Source: Candidatus Altimarinota bacterium
GTDB lineage: Bacteria > Patescibacteriota > Gracilibacteria > 1-14-2-50-48-13
Reading direction: 5' to 3'
DNA length: 64,000 nt
Assembly: GCA_046314355.1 (NCBI GenBank)
Contig: JBKBWQ010000001.1
Coordinates: forward strand, 384,001-448,000
How positions within the stretch are numbered: the stretch's first letter is position 1; each line of letters begins with the position of its first letter. Position numbers and translations under genes: made by a program. Positions 29,714 to 39,727 of this stretch are shown here, in pieces. The notes beneath the pieces were generated by a model. It ran no database searches. It worked only from the letters and a program-made list of their open reading frames with translations, and was not told the DNA's origin.

Positions 29714-32323
29714 CTACATCCCGCTCCCTTGCACCATTCCATCATTACCTCCACCCTTCACACTTGGATTCGCAGCCCGTATCTCTTCAAATATCATTCT
29801 CGCAGTCATCTCAGCAGCATCTGAGAATACAATAAACTGTCCATTCGTATTTGTGAGTACACCCGCATCAGCAATCTTATCTTTACGGAGCAGGGAAGCA
29901 ATATTCTTGATCTCATCCATCGTCGCATCGCCCATATTCTTTTCAATAAACTTCAGCCCATTTTTATCAATAACTTCCTTTGCAAATTCCTGGATACTTC
30001 CAGCAGCAGCCTTCATTTTGAGCTCAGCAGTCAGCACTTCAAAATCTTTGATCACTTGTTTCTGAGTCTTAAGACGCTCAACAACTTCTTCTATTTTACC
30101 AACCTTGAGTTCATTCATAATACCTTTTACATAATTACCCTCCATTATCAGGTAATCATAGACACTTCGTCCACAGATCATCTCCACTCGGCGTATTCCG
30201 GAAGCCACAGAGGATTCTTTGATAATCTTTGCGATACCGATCTCTGAAGTATTGGAGACATGTGTTCCTCCGCAAAGTTCTGTAGAGACACTCTCTCCTA
30301 TAGTAATTACACGTACAGTCTCACCGTACTTTTCAGTAAATAATCCGATAGCTCCTCTTTCCTTTGCTTCATTCATAGAAAGCTCCTCTTTCTTTACAGG
30401 AAGCCATGCATTGATGAGTTCATTTACCCGGAACTCGATACTATTTAACTGCTGCTCTGTAAGCGCTTTTGGATAGTTGAAGTCAAAACGCATGCGGGCA
30501 GCATCCACATATGATCCAGCCTGATCTGCACCATCACCCAAGACTTCGTGAAGTGCTAGATGGAAAAGATGGGCCCCCGTATGATGAGCCATGATTCTTC
30601 GTCTTCTTTCTTCATTGATATACATGGAGATTGATTCGCCCTCCTTTATGCGCACTGTACTTTCATTACAAAAATGTACCCAAACACCGTCGTATTTCTG
30701 TGTATCAGTGACCACAAGTACATCATTAGCCTGCATGGCATCTGGTGTAATTACACCTGTATCTCCCACCTGACCTCCGCCTTCAGCGTAGAATACAGAC
30801 TTATCAGTAATGATTGCCATCTCTTCATTCTCGAGAGGGATTACTTTCAGCACTTTTGCTCCTTCGAGACTCATTCTCTTTGAATCTTCTCCATACCCAA
30901 GAAACTCTGTCTTTGGAAGATCAGTAAGCTCAGTCTGCACTGCTTCGCGACCTCGTGTAAACATTCCTTTTGCTCCTTCACGGCTTCGTTCTTTTTGAGA
31001 CTCCATAGAGAATGTATATTCATCCATATCTACCTCTACATCCTCTTTCTTTGCGATCTCAAGTGTAAGGGAGACAGGGAAGCCAAAGGTATCATACAGT
31101 TTAAACGCTTCAGCACCTGGAATTACTCTAGATTCATTTCTTACTGCGTTCTGGATCAGCTCAGTAAGCATCTTTTGTCCCTTTTCAATAGTCTCTAGAA
31201 ATTTTTCTGTCTCGAGTTCGATGGTATTTTTAATAATAGTCTTTCTACTTCGGAGCTCTGTATAATGCTCGCCAAGTATGCCGTCTACAATATCCACTAG
31301 GGAAGTGAGCTCCACCTTTGTACCTTCAGGAAGAAGGCTCTTCATATTATATATAGCTCTTCTTATAAGTCTTCGGAGAACATATCCGCGTCCTTCATTT
31401 GAAGGAGCCACACCATCGCCGATCATTACAGAAGCAGCACGGATGTGGTCAGCAACTATTCTAATACTCTTCGTAACCGCTCTTTCTTCATCTGTCAGCT
31501 CTTCCTCTTTTTTAGAGAAAGGAGCATATTTCATCCCAGACATTTTCTCTATTGTCTCAATAATAGGTCTAAAGAGATCAGTCTCAAATACTGTAGAATG
31601 ACCATTGAGGACCATAGTGATTCTCTCTAGTCCCATTCCTGTATCAACATTCTGCTTCGCAAGTTTTGTAAAATTTCCTTCGCCGTCGCAGTAAAACTGC
31701 ATAAATACATTATTCCAGATCTCAAGATACTTATCACAGTCACATCCCGGTTTACAGTTATCTCCGTTTTCACACTTCGGTCGTCCCGTATCATAATAGA
31801 TCTCTGTATCAGGTCCGCATGGTCCTTTGGCACCATAAGTGGGCCACCAGTTATCACCAGCAGCAAGAGGGAAGATGCGCTCTCTTGGAATTCCGTTATC
31901 TATCCAATATTGTATAGACTCCTCATCAAGCGGTACCGCATCCTGACCTTCAAATACAGTTACAAAAAGTTTTTCAGGAGCAATATGAAGGTGTTGTGTT
32001 AGAAACTCATAGCTCATAGCAATGGATTCCTTTTTGAAATAGGTCCCGAGACTCCAGTTTCCGAGCATCTCAAAGAATGTCAGATGCCGCGGATCTCCTA
32101 CATCATCTATATCATTTGTACGTACACATTTCTGCACAGAGCAGAGTTTTCCTCCAAGCGGATGCTCCTTTCCCATAAGATATGGTACAAACTGCTGCAT
32201 GCCTGCAGTAGTAAAAAGTACAGTTGGATCATTCTCAGGCACTACTGAAGAGGTCGTAATCTGCTTATGGTCCTTTGAAAGGAAAAACTCTATGTATGCG
32301 CGGCGTATTTCTTGTGAATTCAC
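29714..32323 (-). CDS. alaS: Alanine--tRNA ligase
   Basis: DPTVLFTTAGMQQF, HLTFFEMLGNWS, GPCGPDTEI, DTGMGLER, HxxxH and ELCGGTH editing motifs. Confidence 0.98.
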   Translation of the reverse strand: MNSQEIRRAYIEFFLSKDHKQITTSSVVPENDPTVLFTTAGMQQFVPYLMGKEHPLGGKLCSVQKCVRTNDIDDVGDPRHLTFFEMLGNWSLGTYFKKESIAMSYEFLTQHLHIAPEKLFVTVFEGQDAVPLDEESIQYWIDNGIPRERIFPLAAGDNWWPTYGAKGPCGPDTEIYYDTGRPKCENGDNCKPGCDCDKYLEIWNNVFMQFYCDGEGNFTKLAKQNVDTGMGLERITMVLNGHSTVFETDLFRPIIETIEKMSGMKYAPFSKKEEELTDEERAVTKSIRIVADHIRAASVMIGDGVAPSNEGRGYVLRRLIRRAIYNMKSLLPEGTKVELTSLVDIVDGILGEHYTELRSRKTIIKNTIELETEKFLETIEKGQKMLTELIQNAVRNESRVIPGAEAFKLYDTFGFPVSLTLEIAKKEDVEVDMDEYTFSMESQKERSREGAKGMFTRGREAVQTELTDLPKTEFLGYGEDSKRMSLEGAKVLKVIPLENEEMAIITDKSVFYAEGGGQVGDTGVITPDAMQANDVLVVTDTQKYDGVWVHFCNESTVRIKEGESISMYINEERRRRIMAHHTGAHLFHLALHEVLGDGADQAGSYVDAARMRFDFNYPKALTEQQLNSIEFRVNELINAWLPVKKEELSMNEAKERGAIGLFTEKYGETVRVITIGESVSTELCGGTHVSNTSEIGIAKIIKESSVASGIRRVEMICGRSVYDYLIMEGNYVKGIMNELKVGKIEEVVERLKTQKQVIKDFEVLTAELKMKAAAGSIQEFAKEVIDKNGLKFIEKNMGDATMDEIKNIASLLRKDKIADAGVLTNTNGQFIVFSDAAEMTARMIFEEIRAANPSVKGGGNDGMVQGSGM

Positions 32324-32401
32324 TGGGAGTAGTCATAAAGGGTACAATCAAGGGCTATGGTACTGGATGCAGGCTGTTTTTGCAAGACTAATTGGAGTTG
32401 C

Positions 32402-32471
32402 CTTAATTCTTATCCTCATCCTTAATTCTTGAGCTCGGAGGATAAGGATAGGGATGAGGATAAGAATTAAG
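32402..32471. repeat. 20-bp perfect inverted repeat in the divergent alaS/htpX spacer
   Basis: cttaattcttatcctcatcc (32402-32421) / ggatgaggataagaattaag (32452-32471). Confidence 0.8.
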
Positions 32472-32586
32472 AATTAGGGATTAAAATGTATATGTTTTAA
32501 AATTATTTTTTAACTTATGTCAACAACCCCCCTATAGACTTTTGACTAATAATACATACAATACATTCTGCTAAATTCTGTATATT

Positions 32587-33441
32587 TTGACCATCCATAT
32601 GGATTCATTCCGATTGGTATCTTTGCTAGGTGTTCTCTCGATTATTGTTCTTTTTATAGCAAGAGTACTGACAGGAGATATGGGACTTGCAATTTGTGCT
32701 CTCCTTATCGTTATCATTGATCTCTGCATATACTTTTTCTCCCCGCGGATAGTACTTTCTATGGCTCGTGCGAAGCCTTTTCCTATACATGCTGCTCACG
32801 AGATTGCTGCGGCACTTGAGGATCTCTCAAGACAAGCTAATATTCCAACTCCGGATCTATACCTTACGCCGGATCCACAGCCAAACATCTTTTCAGTGGG
32901 AAGAAATACATCCCATGCAAGTATTGCAGTAACAAGGGGGCTAGTTGAAGTACTCTCACTATCAGAAATACGAGCAGTAATGGCTCATGAGATTGGTCAC
33001 ATCGCACACAATGAGATCCTTATACATAGTATATCTGCGACACTTGCAGGTCTTCTTACTGCAGTACTACCAGTCCAGACGCTCACAAGCAAACACTCAG
33101 AGGAGGGAAGCACCTCACATGGAAATAGCCTGGGAGCATTATTATTATTGATAGTGGCACCTATTGCATCCTATGTGATCAAATTCGTCAGTTCTGACAA
33201 AGTAGAGTACAAAGCAGATTTCTATGGAGCTACACTTACCCGTGAACCTATTATTCTCGCAAGAGCTCTAGAAAAAATACATCTTGCTGTTCAGGAGGAG
33301 ATTCCTCTAATGAGTCCAAATCCTGCATTAGGACACCTCTATATTGCAAATCCATTTCACTCTAAAACCCTCACAACTCTTTTCTCTACACATCCACAGA
33401 TGGAAGAGCGAATTACTCGTCTAAAAACCATGCTTGTTTAA
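32587..33441 (+). CDS. htpX: M48 zinc metalloprotease HtpX
   Basis: QPNIFSVGR, IAVTRGL, AHEIGH, EYKAD, LARALEKI, LFSTHP..ERI.RL. Confidence 0.88.
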   Translation: MTIHMDSFRLVSLLGVLSIIVLFIARVLTGDMGLAICALLIVIIDLCIYFFSPRIVLSMARAKPFPIHAAHEIAAALEDLSRQANIPTPDLYLTPDPQPNIFSVGRNTSHASIAVTRGLVEVLSLSEIRAVMAHEIGHIAHNEILIHSISATLAGLLTAVLPVQTLTSKHSEEGSTSHGNSLGALLLLIVAPIASYVIKFVSSDKVEYKADFYGATLTREPIILARALEKIHLAVQEEIPLMSPNPALGHLYIANPFHSKTLTTLFSTHPQMEERITRLKTMLV

Positions 33442-33462
33442 TCACTTATTTCTGAACTTTTC

Positions 33463-36069
33463 ATGAAAAAGCTTTTTCCAGGATTTCTTTTTGTATCTAT
33501 GATGCTGTGTTTATTTTTCTCCCAAGGAAAATATGCCAGTGCCATTGATTGTCCAGCGGTCAGTCTGAAAAATACTCAGGGAGGATTTGTAGGGATGCAT
33601 ATAACAAGCAATATCGCACCTTTACAGTCAGGAGTAAGACTCACCTGGAAAGATCCTTCGGATACTAAGCCAGTATCAGTTTCAATACTAAGAAAAAAAT
33701 CAGGAGAAGTTTTCCAAGAAGTAGGAAAAACCACTGGTGGATCAGAGACATTTCTTGATACAAAAATTGCAGCAAAAACAGCTTCATATTTCTATGTACT
33801 TAAGAATACTTATCTTTGCGGCAGTACTAACTTCAGCAAATATATAGAAGTACCACTACTGCTCCAGAGAGACAATTCTGAACCAAGAGCCGTGTATCTC
33901 GGGAATATGCAAGATGGTAAATACATTCAAGGAAAAGAAGATCCAATCTTAATAGTAATGAGGGATTTAGAATCCGGTGTAAATACTTCCACTATACAAG
34001 TCAAACATGATAGTAAATCAATGACCGGTAAAGTAATCGGCACAATGCAGTCTGCACTGTGGTATTTCTACCCTGCAAAAACTGAGTTTACCGCAACGAG
34101 TACAGGCAGTACACTTGCACTGGAAGCCAAAAATGGACTGAGCATAGGCTTACCATCTCAAGATAAAAGTATACCTTTAGAACTCTACAATAGTACAAAT
34201 ACGGTCCGTTTTTCTGGACCTCAAATGGGAGGTGTCATTGACCCTTACAAAGCGCTTACACTCAACTGGAAGACACGAACAACAACCACTGGATCATACA
34301 GTCTCAGTGTATCTGCAGATCTAGGAAAAAGCTGGAAAATTATTAATACTCAATCAGTAGCTCCATTTGTTATAGACAACCTTACTACTCTTGTTCCTGA
34401 GATAGTAGATAAAAGAAAAGAACCATTTCTACTATTTAAGATTGTTTTAGTTGAAGGAGGAAAACAGATCGCATATGATATTCTTCCGCTCACAGTGGGG
34501 AACATTACTGTAAAAGTGGCAACCTCCGTAGAAACTCTTTCTGCGCCTTCAGGAAGTTTTAGAATATATGATGCTTACTCAGGAAAAGCAGTATCATTTA
34601 CACCTGTAAATAATACGCTTACCGAGCTTCAAAAATCATGGAAGTTCACCAGTACATCCACAGAAGCTACTACCATCCTTCCTCCAGGATACTATTTTAT
34701 TAAGCCAAACTTCAACTCCTTTGCTTTTCCAACATACAGCCCCGAAGACCACAGTGGTATCTTCTATTTTCCGGGTGGATCTATGGATCTGACATTACTC
34801 TCAGACCCTATGACTTATTATGACTCCCAAAGAGAAGAGCTCGACCCATATTCTGTAAAAGTAATCTCTTCACTTGAAGAACCTGCTTCAAAATATCCCT
34901 ATACATTCCCGGAAGGAACTACAAATCAGAATACTAACTCTATACCCACAGAGCCGGAAGATACAACTCCTGCTTTGAAGATGTCTATTTCATACTGCCT
35001 GAATGACAAATTAATTTGTAAAAATGATCTCTTCACAGCTTTAAATCTACATTCAGTCTCGCTCCACTTTGATCCATTAAAAAGAACATTTTTTAGTACC
35101 AATGCTTCTATCTCCAGCGAAGAAAAAAGCCTAATTGGGATACCTTCACTTCCCAAAAACTACTTTTTCAATATTGATGAAAAGTACTTTGTACAAATAC
35201 CTGCAACACTTATTACACGTCTCTCAGAGGAATCACAAAGTATATCTCTTCTGACAGTAGAGAAGAAAACTGCTGATGGACCGTATACATTTACTCTCTC
35301 TCAGCAGCTGGAAGCATTCGCTGCGTCAACAAAAGATTATGTATACATACGTAAGCAGAATGCATGCAGCGAAGAATTTATTGCTGTCGATTCCAAAGGA
35401 GTAGAGACACCGTATTTTTCTCTCTGTAATGCTGCCAATGAGCGCATAAGTATCATACCTTTCAAATCTTCCACTACATTGAAAGTCGCTGCAAAAAACT
35501 CACCTATGATCTCAAACACTGAATGGTTTGCTCCATTCATGAATCTCTTTGAAACATATAAAATATTTACCCATACAAACGCGGCGTCTGCTCCGCATGA
35601 GAATATAACACGCGGTGAACTTGCTGATCTCATCCTGCGAAGCTATCATATTGCACCTGCAGCTTTCACGCAGACATATATAGATCTTGGCAGCTCACAT
35701 GAATACTATTCTTCCATCCTTGCGCTCGATAAGGTAGATGTCATGAAAGGAGAGCAAACATCAACAGGCGCACGGATTGTACGTCCAGATAGTCCCGTAC
35801 TACGTGCGGAAGCTCTCAAGATGATTATGGCAGCCTCCAGAGTCAAACAGCCTGTACAAAAAACATCTCTTACTCCTGTGGTTCCTTTTAAGGATGTACT
35901 CCTCCATCATTGGTTCTATCCATATGTAGATACTGCGTATCAGCTTCAGATTATAGAAGGATACAAGAATAGTGACGGCAGCAGGGAACTGCGCCCGGGA
36001 AGCTACGTAACAAGAGCAGAGGCTGCGAAGCTCATTATCACATCCCTGATGAAAAAAATAGAGGAATAA
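33463..36069 (+). CDS. Large secreted protein with FN3/Ig-like domains and C-terminal SLH domains
   Basis: Signal peptide; LTWKDPS FN3-like; TRGELA, RPDSPVLRAEALK, RPGSYVTRAEAAK. Confidence 0.82.
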   Translation: MKKLFPGFLFVSMMLCLFFSQGKYASAIDCPAVSLKNTQGGFVGMHITSNIAPLQSGVRLTWKDPSDTKPVSVSILRKKSGEVFQEVGKTTGGSETFLDTKIAAKTASYFYVLKNTYLCGSTNFSKYIEVPLLLQRDNSEPRAVYLGNMQDGKYIQGKEDPILIVMRDLESGVNTSTIQVKHDSKSMTGKVIGTMQSALWYFYPAKTEFTATSTGSTLALEAKNGLSIGLPSQDKSIPLELYNSTNTVRFSGPQMGGVIDPYKALTLNWKTRTTTTGSYSLSVSADLGKSWKIINTQSVAPFVIDNLTTLVPEIVDKRKEPFLLFKIVLVEGGKQIAYDILPLTVGNITVKVATSVETLSAPSGSFRIYDAYSGKAVSFTPVNNTLTELQKSWKFTSTSTEATTILPPGYYFIKPNFNSFAFPTYSPEDHSGIFYFPGGSMDLTLLSDPMTYYDSQREELDPYSVKVISSLEEPASKYPYTFPEGTTNQNTNSIPTEPEDTTPALKMSISYCLNDKLICKNDLFTALNLHSVSLHFDPLKRTFFSTNASISSEEKSLIGIPSLPKNYFFNIDEKYFVQIPATLITRLSEESQSISLLTVEKKTADGPYTFTLSQQLEAFAASTKDYVYIRKQNACSEEFIAVDSKGVETPYFSLCNAANERISIIPFKSSTTLKVAAKNSPMISNTEWFAPFMNLFETYKIFTHTNAASAPHENITRGELADLILRSYHIAPAAFTQTYIDLGSSHEYYSSILALDKVDVMKGEQTSTGARIVRPDSPVLRAEALKMIMAASRVKQPVQKTSLTPVVPFKDVLLHHWFYPYVDTAYQLQIIEGYKNSDGSRELRPGSYVTRAEAAKLIITSLMKKIEE

Positions 36070-36096
36070 GTTCGTAGTTAATAATTATTACTAATA

Positions 36097-36124
36097 AAAA
36101 ATCACTTCTTAGGAAGTGATTTTT
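36097..36124. terminator. Bidirectional terminator
   Basis: aaaaatcacttc-ttag-gaagtgattttt. Confidence 0.8.
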
Positions 36125-36133
36125 AGATATATT

Positions 36134-36475
36134 TTATTCTACTAATGTGAAATGTATTGCTACATATCTTTTTTGTTTTGGACTTCTTTCTATTTTGCAT
36201 AACTTCACCAAGCAGACTTTTCCATAGATGAGTTTCTTTATCACATGGAGAAGTCCTTCTTCATTCTCTTTAAATTTAGATATATATGGGATATCTGTAT
36301 CGGCAACTACATATTTTATACCATTGCTGCCGATATAAAAATATTCCATACAGTTTCTTTTTGTATTTAAAGCTTCCTGCACATTCGATGTGTGGACTCG
36401 AATGAATTTGGGATTAGAAGAAAGCTCCTTGAGAGCTGCTTCTCTATTGATCTCCTTTTCATCATACTTATACAT
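36134..36475 (-). CDS. Hypothetical protein
   Basis: 113 aa, AAGGAG SD. Confidence 0.65.
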   Translation of the reverse strand: MYKYDEKEINREAALKELSSNPKFIRVHTSNVQEALNTKRNCMEYFYIGSNGIKYVVADTDIPYISKFKENEEGLLHVIKKLIYGKVCLVKLCKIERSPKQKRYVAIHFTLVE

Positions 36476-36596
36476 TATCTGACTCCTTACTCTGGATCAT
36501 TACAATAACTTGTTCTCCGCATTTCATACATCTTTTTACAGTCGCGCCATATCCTCCTTCAATTACAGCACTACAGCATAACGACAGATCACCCAT
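36468..36596 (-). CDS. 42-aa Cys-rich (zinc-finger-like) microprotein
   Basis: Not in the track: MGDLSLCCSAVIEGGYGATVKRCMKCGEQVIVMIQSKESDNV*; AGGAGG SD; overlaps the next start by 8 nt. Confidence 0.6.
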   Translation of the reverse strand: MGDLSLCCSAVIEGGYGATVKRCMKCGEQVIVMIQSKESDNV

Positions 36597-37034
36597 ATTT
36601 TAAGAACCTCCTATTTGATTTATATTTCCTTAGGAGTGTATGCAAAATATCAAAAAACTCAACAGAATTCCCTTTAAGAGGTTTGCTACCATTTTCCTTA
36701 ACCTTCTATGAAAAGAATAAATAAATCATTTAAAACAGGGAAAATATGGTTCGTAAATTATCACCTATACATAAATGGAGAAATGGTACCTATGGTTAAC
36801 TCGTTATAATAGTAATTAATAATAAATAATTTTATTCTAGAAGAGGATTCAGAAAAAAGTAAAAGATACTCAAAATAAGTGCATTTAGCCAATAGGGGAT
36901 TCATTCTACCGGGGAAGACCCCAAGAGAAGAAATACAATTAATACTTTGTACAAGATACATTGTACAAAGTATTAGAAATCTCCCTTCTTCTGCCCTCTA
37001 AGAGAATAGGTATTCATATACTATTTTCCGCATA

Positions 37035-37655
37035 CTATTTATTTAACTCTTTTTCCTCTAGGAGAGAGATTCTTTGTTCCTTCGAATCGACAGCTTCTCC
37101 AATAATGTAGTTTTTTAATATTTGATCATCAAGACTTACCACAAGATATTTTAATCTTACTAATTCAAAACTATCAATTGCATACTCTGCTCTACCGTCT
37201 TCAAGTCTATCTTGGAGGAAAAACTCTATTTGACTTTCATTAGTACTCTTAAGTACATCCTCATATTTATCAGCAAGTAATTCATAAATATTACTATATG
37301 AATCAAGTATAGAATATTTTTCTGTCAAATATGGTAAGTCATTTGGTAAGTATGCTATTCCTTTGAGTAGTTTTTTAAAACTAAGCATCTTACTAGCAAC
37401 CAGAGCTGTAAATTCATCTTTTGTTTGCGTCAAATCTTCCCACTCCACAAGTTCTCTCCAAATTTGCGGATATCTCTCTTCTATATAAGGCATATCTGCA
37501 GAAAGATTGATAAGCTCCTTAGCAAATATATCTTTGTCTTGAGCTGGTGCAGATACATATTTTTCTATCAGAGTCTCTATCTCATCTTTAATTTCATCGT
37601 ACTCATTTTCAATCTTTGCATAGGTGTAGTAAGCATGGGGAGAGAATATGGTCAT
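37035..37655 (-). CDS. Hypothetical acidic helical protein
   Basis: 206-aa ORF directly after hisS. Confidence 0.7.
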   Translation of the reverse strand: MTIFSPHAYYTYAKIENEYDEIKDEIETLIEKYVSAPAQDKDIFAKELINLSADMPYIEERYPQIWRELVEWEDLTQTKDEFTALVASKMLSFKKLLKGIAYLPNDLPYLTEKYSILDSYSNIYELLADKYEDVLKSTNESQIEFFLQDRLEDGRAEYAIDSFELVRLKYLVVSLDDQILKNYIIGEAVDSKEQRISLLEEKELNK

Positions 37656-37663
37656 TTTGCTGC

Positions 37664-39073
37664 TTAATGAAATAGTGTAGAAATTTTGTTTGATAAATTT
37701 TCTAATGAAATATCTATTTGTTCACCTGTTATCATATTTTTTAGCTGAACACTTTTTTTGTCCAACTCTTCCCCTCCAGCAAAAAGTACATACTTTGTTT
37801 TCTTATCAGAAGCAAACTGCATTTGTTTCTTTAATTTTGCATTTTCCGGATAAATCTCCACTGATGTTCCTGCCCCTCTTATCTCCTGTATATATGGGTA
37901 GATACGCTCCACTTCCCTGTCTCCAAAATTCAGAAGCATGATATCTACAGTCTTTATAGTATCCTTTGGAAATAGATCAAGCTCCTCAAGAAGGTCGTAA
38001 ATACGCTCTACACCAAAGGAAATACCAACACCAGCAAGCCCATCTACACCAAATATACCCGTAAGATTATCATATCTTCCGCCAGCAGCAATGGTTGAAG
38101 TCAAGCTGCCGAGCTTTGTCTTCACTTCGAATATAGGTCCTGTATAGTAGCTGATGCCTCGCGCTAGCGTAAGATCTAGTTCAAGCTCTGCTTTAAAGGA
38201 TAGCTTATTTAGAAAACTAAAAATATACTCTATTTCCTCTATTCCCTGCCGGCCTATTTCAGAATCAGAGAGAAGATTTTTAATGAATGCCAACTTAGCT
38301 GCATAGTCTGTACTCATTGCATCAATAAGTTCTCCAATTTTTCCACATGCGGTATCCGGAATACCTGATGATTTCATTTCGACAAGTACTGCCTCCTTCC
38401 CTATCTTATCAAGCTTATCTATTGCAACCGTCATAGCTACAAGTTTATCTGTGATCTGGAGCGTCTCCGCAATTCCTGTAAGAATTTTTCTATTATTAAT
38501 CTTCATAGTGACTGGAAGACCAAGTTCTGTAAAAACTCCATCATAAATACAGAGAAGATCTACTTCACTAAGCATACTTTTAGAACCAATAATATCTGCA
38601 TCACACTGATAAAACTCACGGTATCTTCCCTTCTGCGGACGGTCAGCTCTCCAGACTGGCTGCATCTGATATCTTTTAAATGGAAGTGGAAGCTCCCGGT
38701 AGTTCTTTGCCATAAATCTTGCAAATGGGATCGTAAGATCATAGCGGAGAGCCTTATCAGAGATTTTTGATAATAGTTGTTTAGAATCAAGATCCTGGAT
38801 ACTTACTTCGCTCTTCCCTGCCTTTTCAAGTTCAGTCTTGTAATCCTTTAGGTAATCTCCGCTGGCTAGTACTTTAAAGATGAGCTGATCTCCTTCATCT
38901 CCATATTTTCCAGTCAGAGTTGAGAGATTCTCCATAGTAGGAGTCTCAAGCTGTACGAAGCCATATCTTTGAAAATGTTTTGCGATCACTTGAAACATAT
39001 ATTGTCTTTTTGATACTTGATCCGGGAAGAAATCCCGCATCCCTTTACATGTTTCAGGCGCTTTAACGTTCAT
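37664..39073 (-). CDS. hisS: Histidine--tRNA ligase
   Basis: KGMRDF, LRYDLTIPFAR, WRADRPQKGRYREFYQCDAD, LARGISYYTG, GGRYDNL, GISFGVER. Confidence 0.97.
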   Translation of the reverse strand: MNVKAPETCKGMRDFFPDQVSKRQYMFQVIAKHFQRYGFVQLETPTMENLSTLTGKYGDEGDQLIFKVLASGDYLKDYKTELEKAGKSEVSIQDLDSKQLLSKISDKALRYDLTIPFARFMAKNYRELPLPFKRYQMQPVWRADRPQKGRYREFYQCDADIIGSKSMLSEVDLLCIYDGVFTELGLPVTMKINNRKILTGIAETLQITDKLVAMTVAIDKLDKIGKEAVLVEMKSSGIPDTACGKIGELIDAMSTDYAAKLAFIKNLLSDSEIGRQGIEEIEYIFSFLNKLSFKAELELDLTLARGISYYTGPIFEVKTKLGSLTSTIAAGGRYDNLTGIFGVDGLAGVGISFGVERIYDLLEELDLFPKDTIKTVDIMLLNFGDREVERIYPYIQEIRGAGTSVEIYPENAKLKKQMQFASDKKTKYVLFAGGEELDKKSVQLKNMITGEQIDISLENLSNKISTLFH

Positions 39074-39135
39074 AATGATTGGAAAAATTTATTTTATCCC
39101 AGTATATCATATCTACTTCTATTACAAGAGGAGTT

Positions 39136-39723
39136 TTAGAGTTGAATGCCTATTTTATTGAGACCGATCACTGCTGTATCTATCACTTTTTTACGGTAAA
39201 TGAACTTACACTCCCAAAGATCTTTCCACTGTTTTTCTTCTTCCTTTGATATATCACTCATTACAACACTCAGCGTAGTATCTATTTTCCTTCCCTCTCT
39301 TTGAGCTAATGCTGCTCCAGCAGCACGGTGATGTCCTTCAATAGTTACTATTTTTCCTTCATGATTTCTCAATGCAATTATCTCCGTCTCTCTAGGAAAA
39401 TTCTTTGAAATATCCTGAATACGGTCATGGTTATCAAATTTTCCAGCATATGCCATCTCTTTATAGTTCGGTTTTACCCCCTTCTGAAGATAAGATTGCT
39501 CCCATTTCTTTGCGCCTGGATACATGTAAGTCATGAAATCCTGGGGCTGCTCAACAATCTTTTTGATCCAGCTGCGTTTTTGAAGTTTGAACGCATGAAT
39601 ATATCCAAGACGAAACTGTTCCCAGGATTTAAAACCTGCTTCAGTGTAGAATTCTTTCCATATTTCATCTTCCCTTTCTTTCCAGTTTGCAGTTACTTCC
39701 TGCCATGTAATGCTTTCTTTCAT
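39136..39723 (-). CDS. Hypothetical protein with ParB/Srx-like motif
   Basis: IVTIEGHHRAAG resembles the ParB/Srx (D/E)G.HR motif. Confidence 0.6.
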   Translation of the reverse strand: MKESITWQEVTANWKEREDEIWKEFYTEAGFKSWEQFRLGYIHAFKLQKRSWIKKIVEQPQDFMTYMYPGAKKWEQSYLQKGVKPNYKEMAYAGKFDNHDRIQDISKNFPRETEIIALRNHEGKIVTIEGHHRAAGAALAQREGRKIDTTLSVVMSDISKEEEKQWKDLWECKFIYRKKVIDTAVIGLNKIGIQL

Positions 39724-39727
39724 AAGG

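Noticed and set aside
36708-36961. ORF 36761-36961 (-) and a broken plus-strand frame from 36708
   Set aside because: No SD or motifs and several stops; cannot be supported as a gene or pseudogene.
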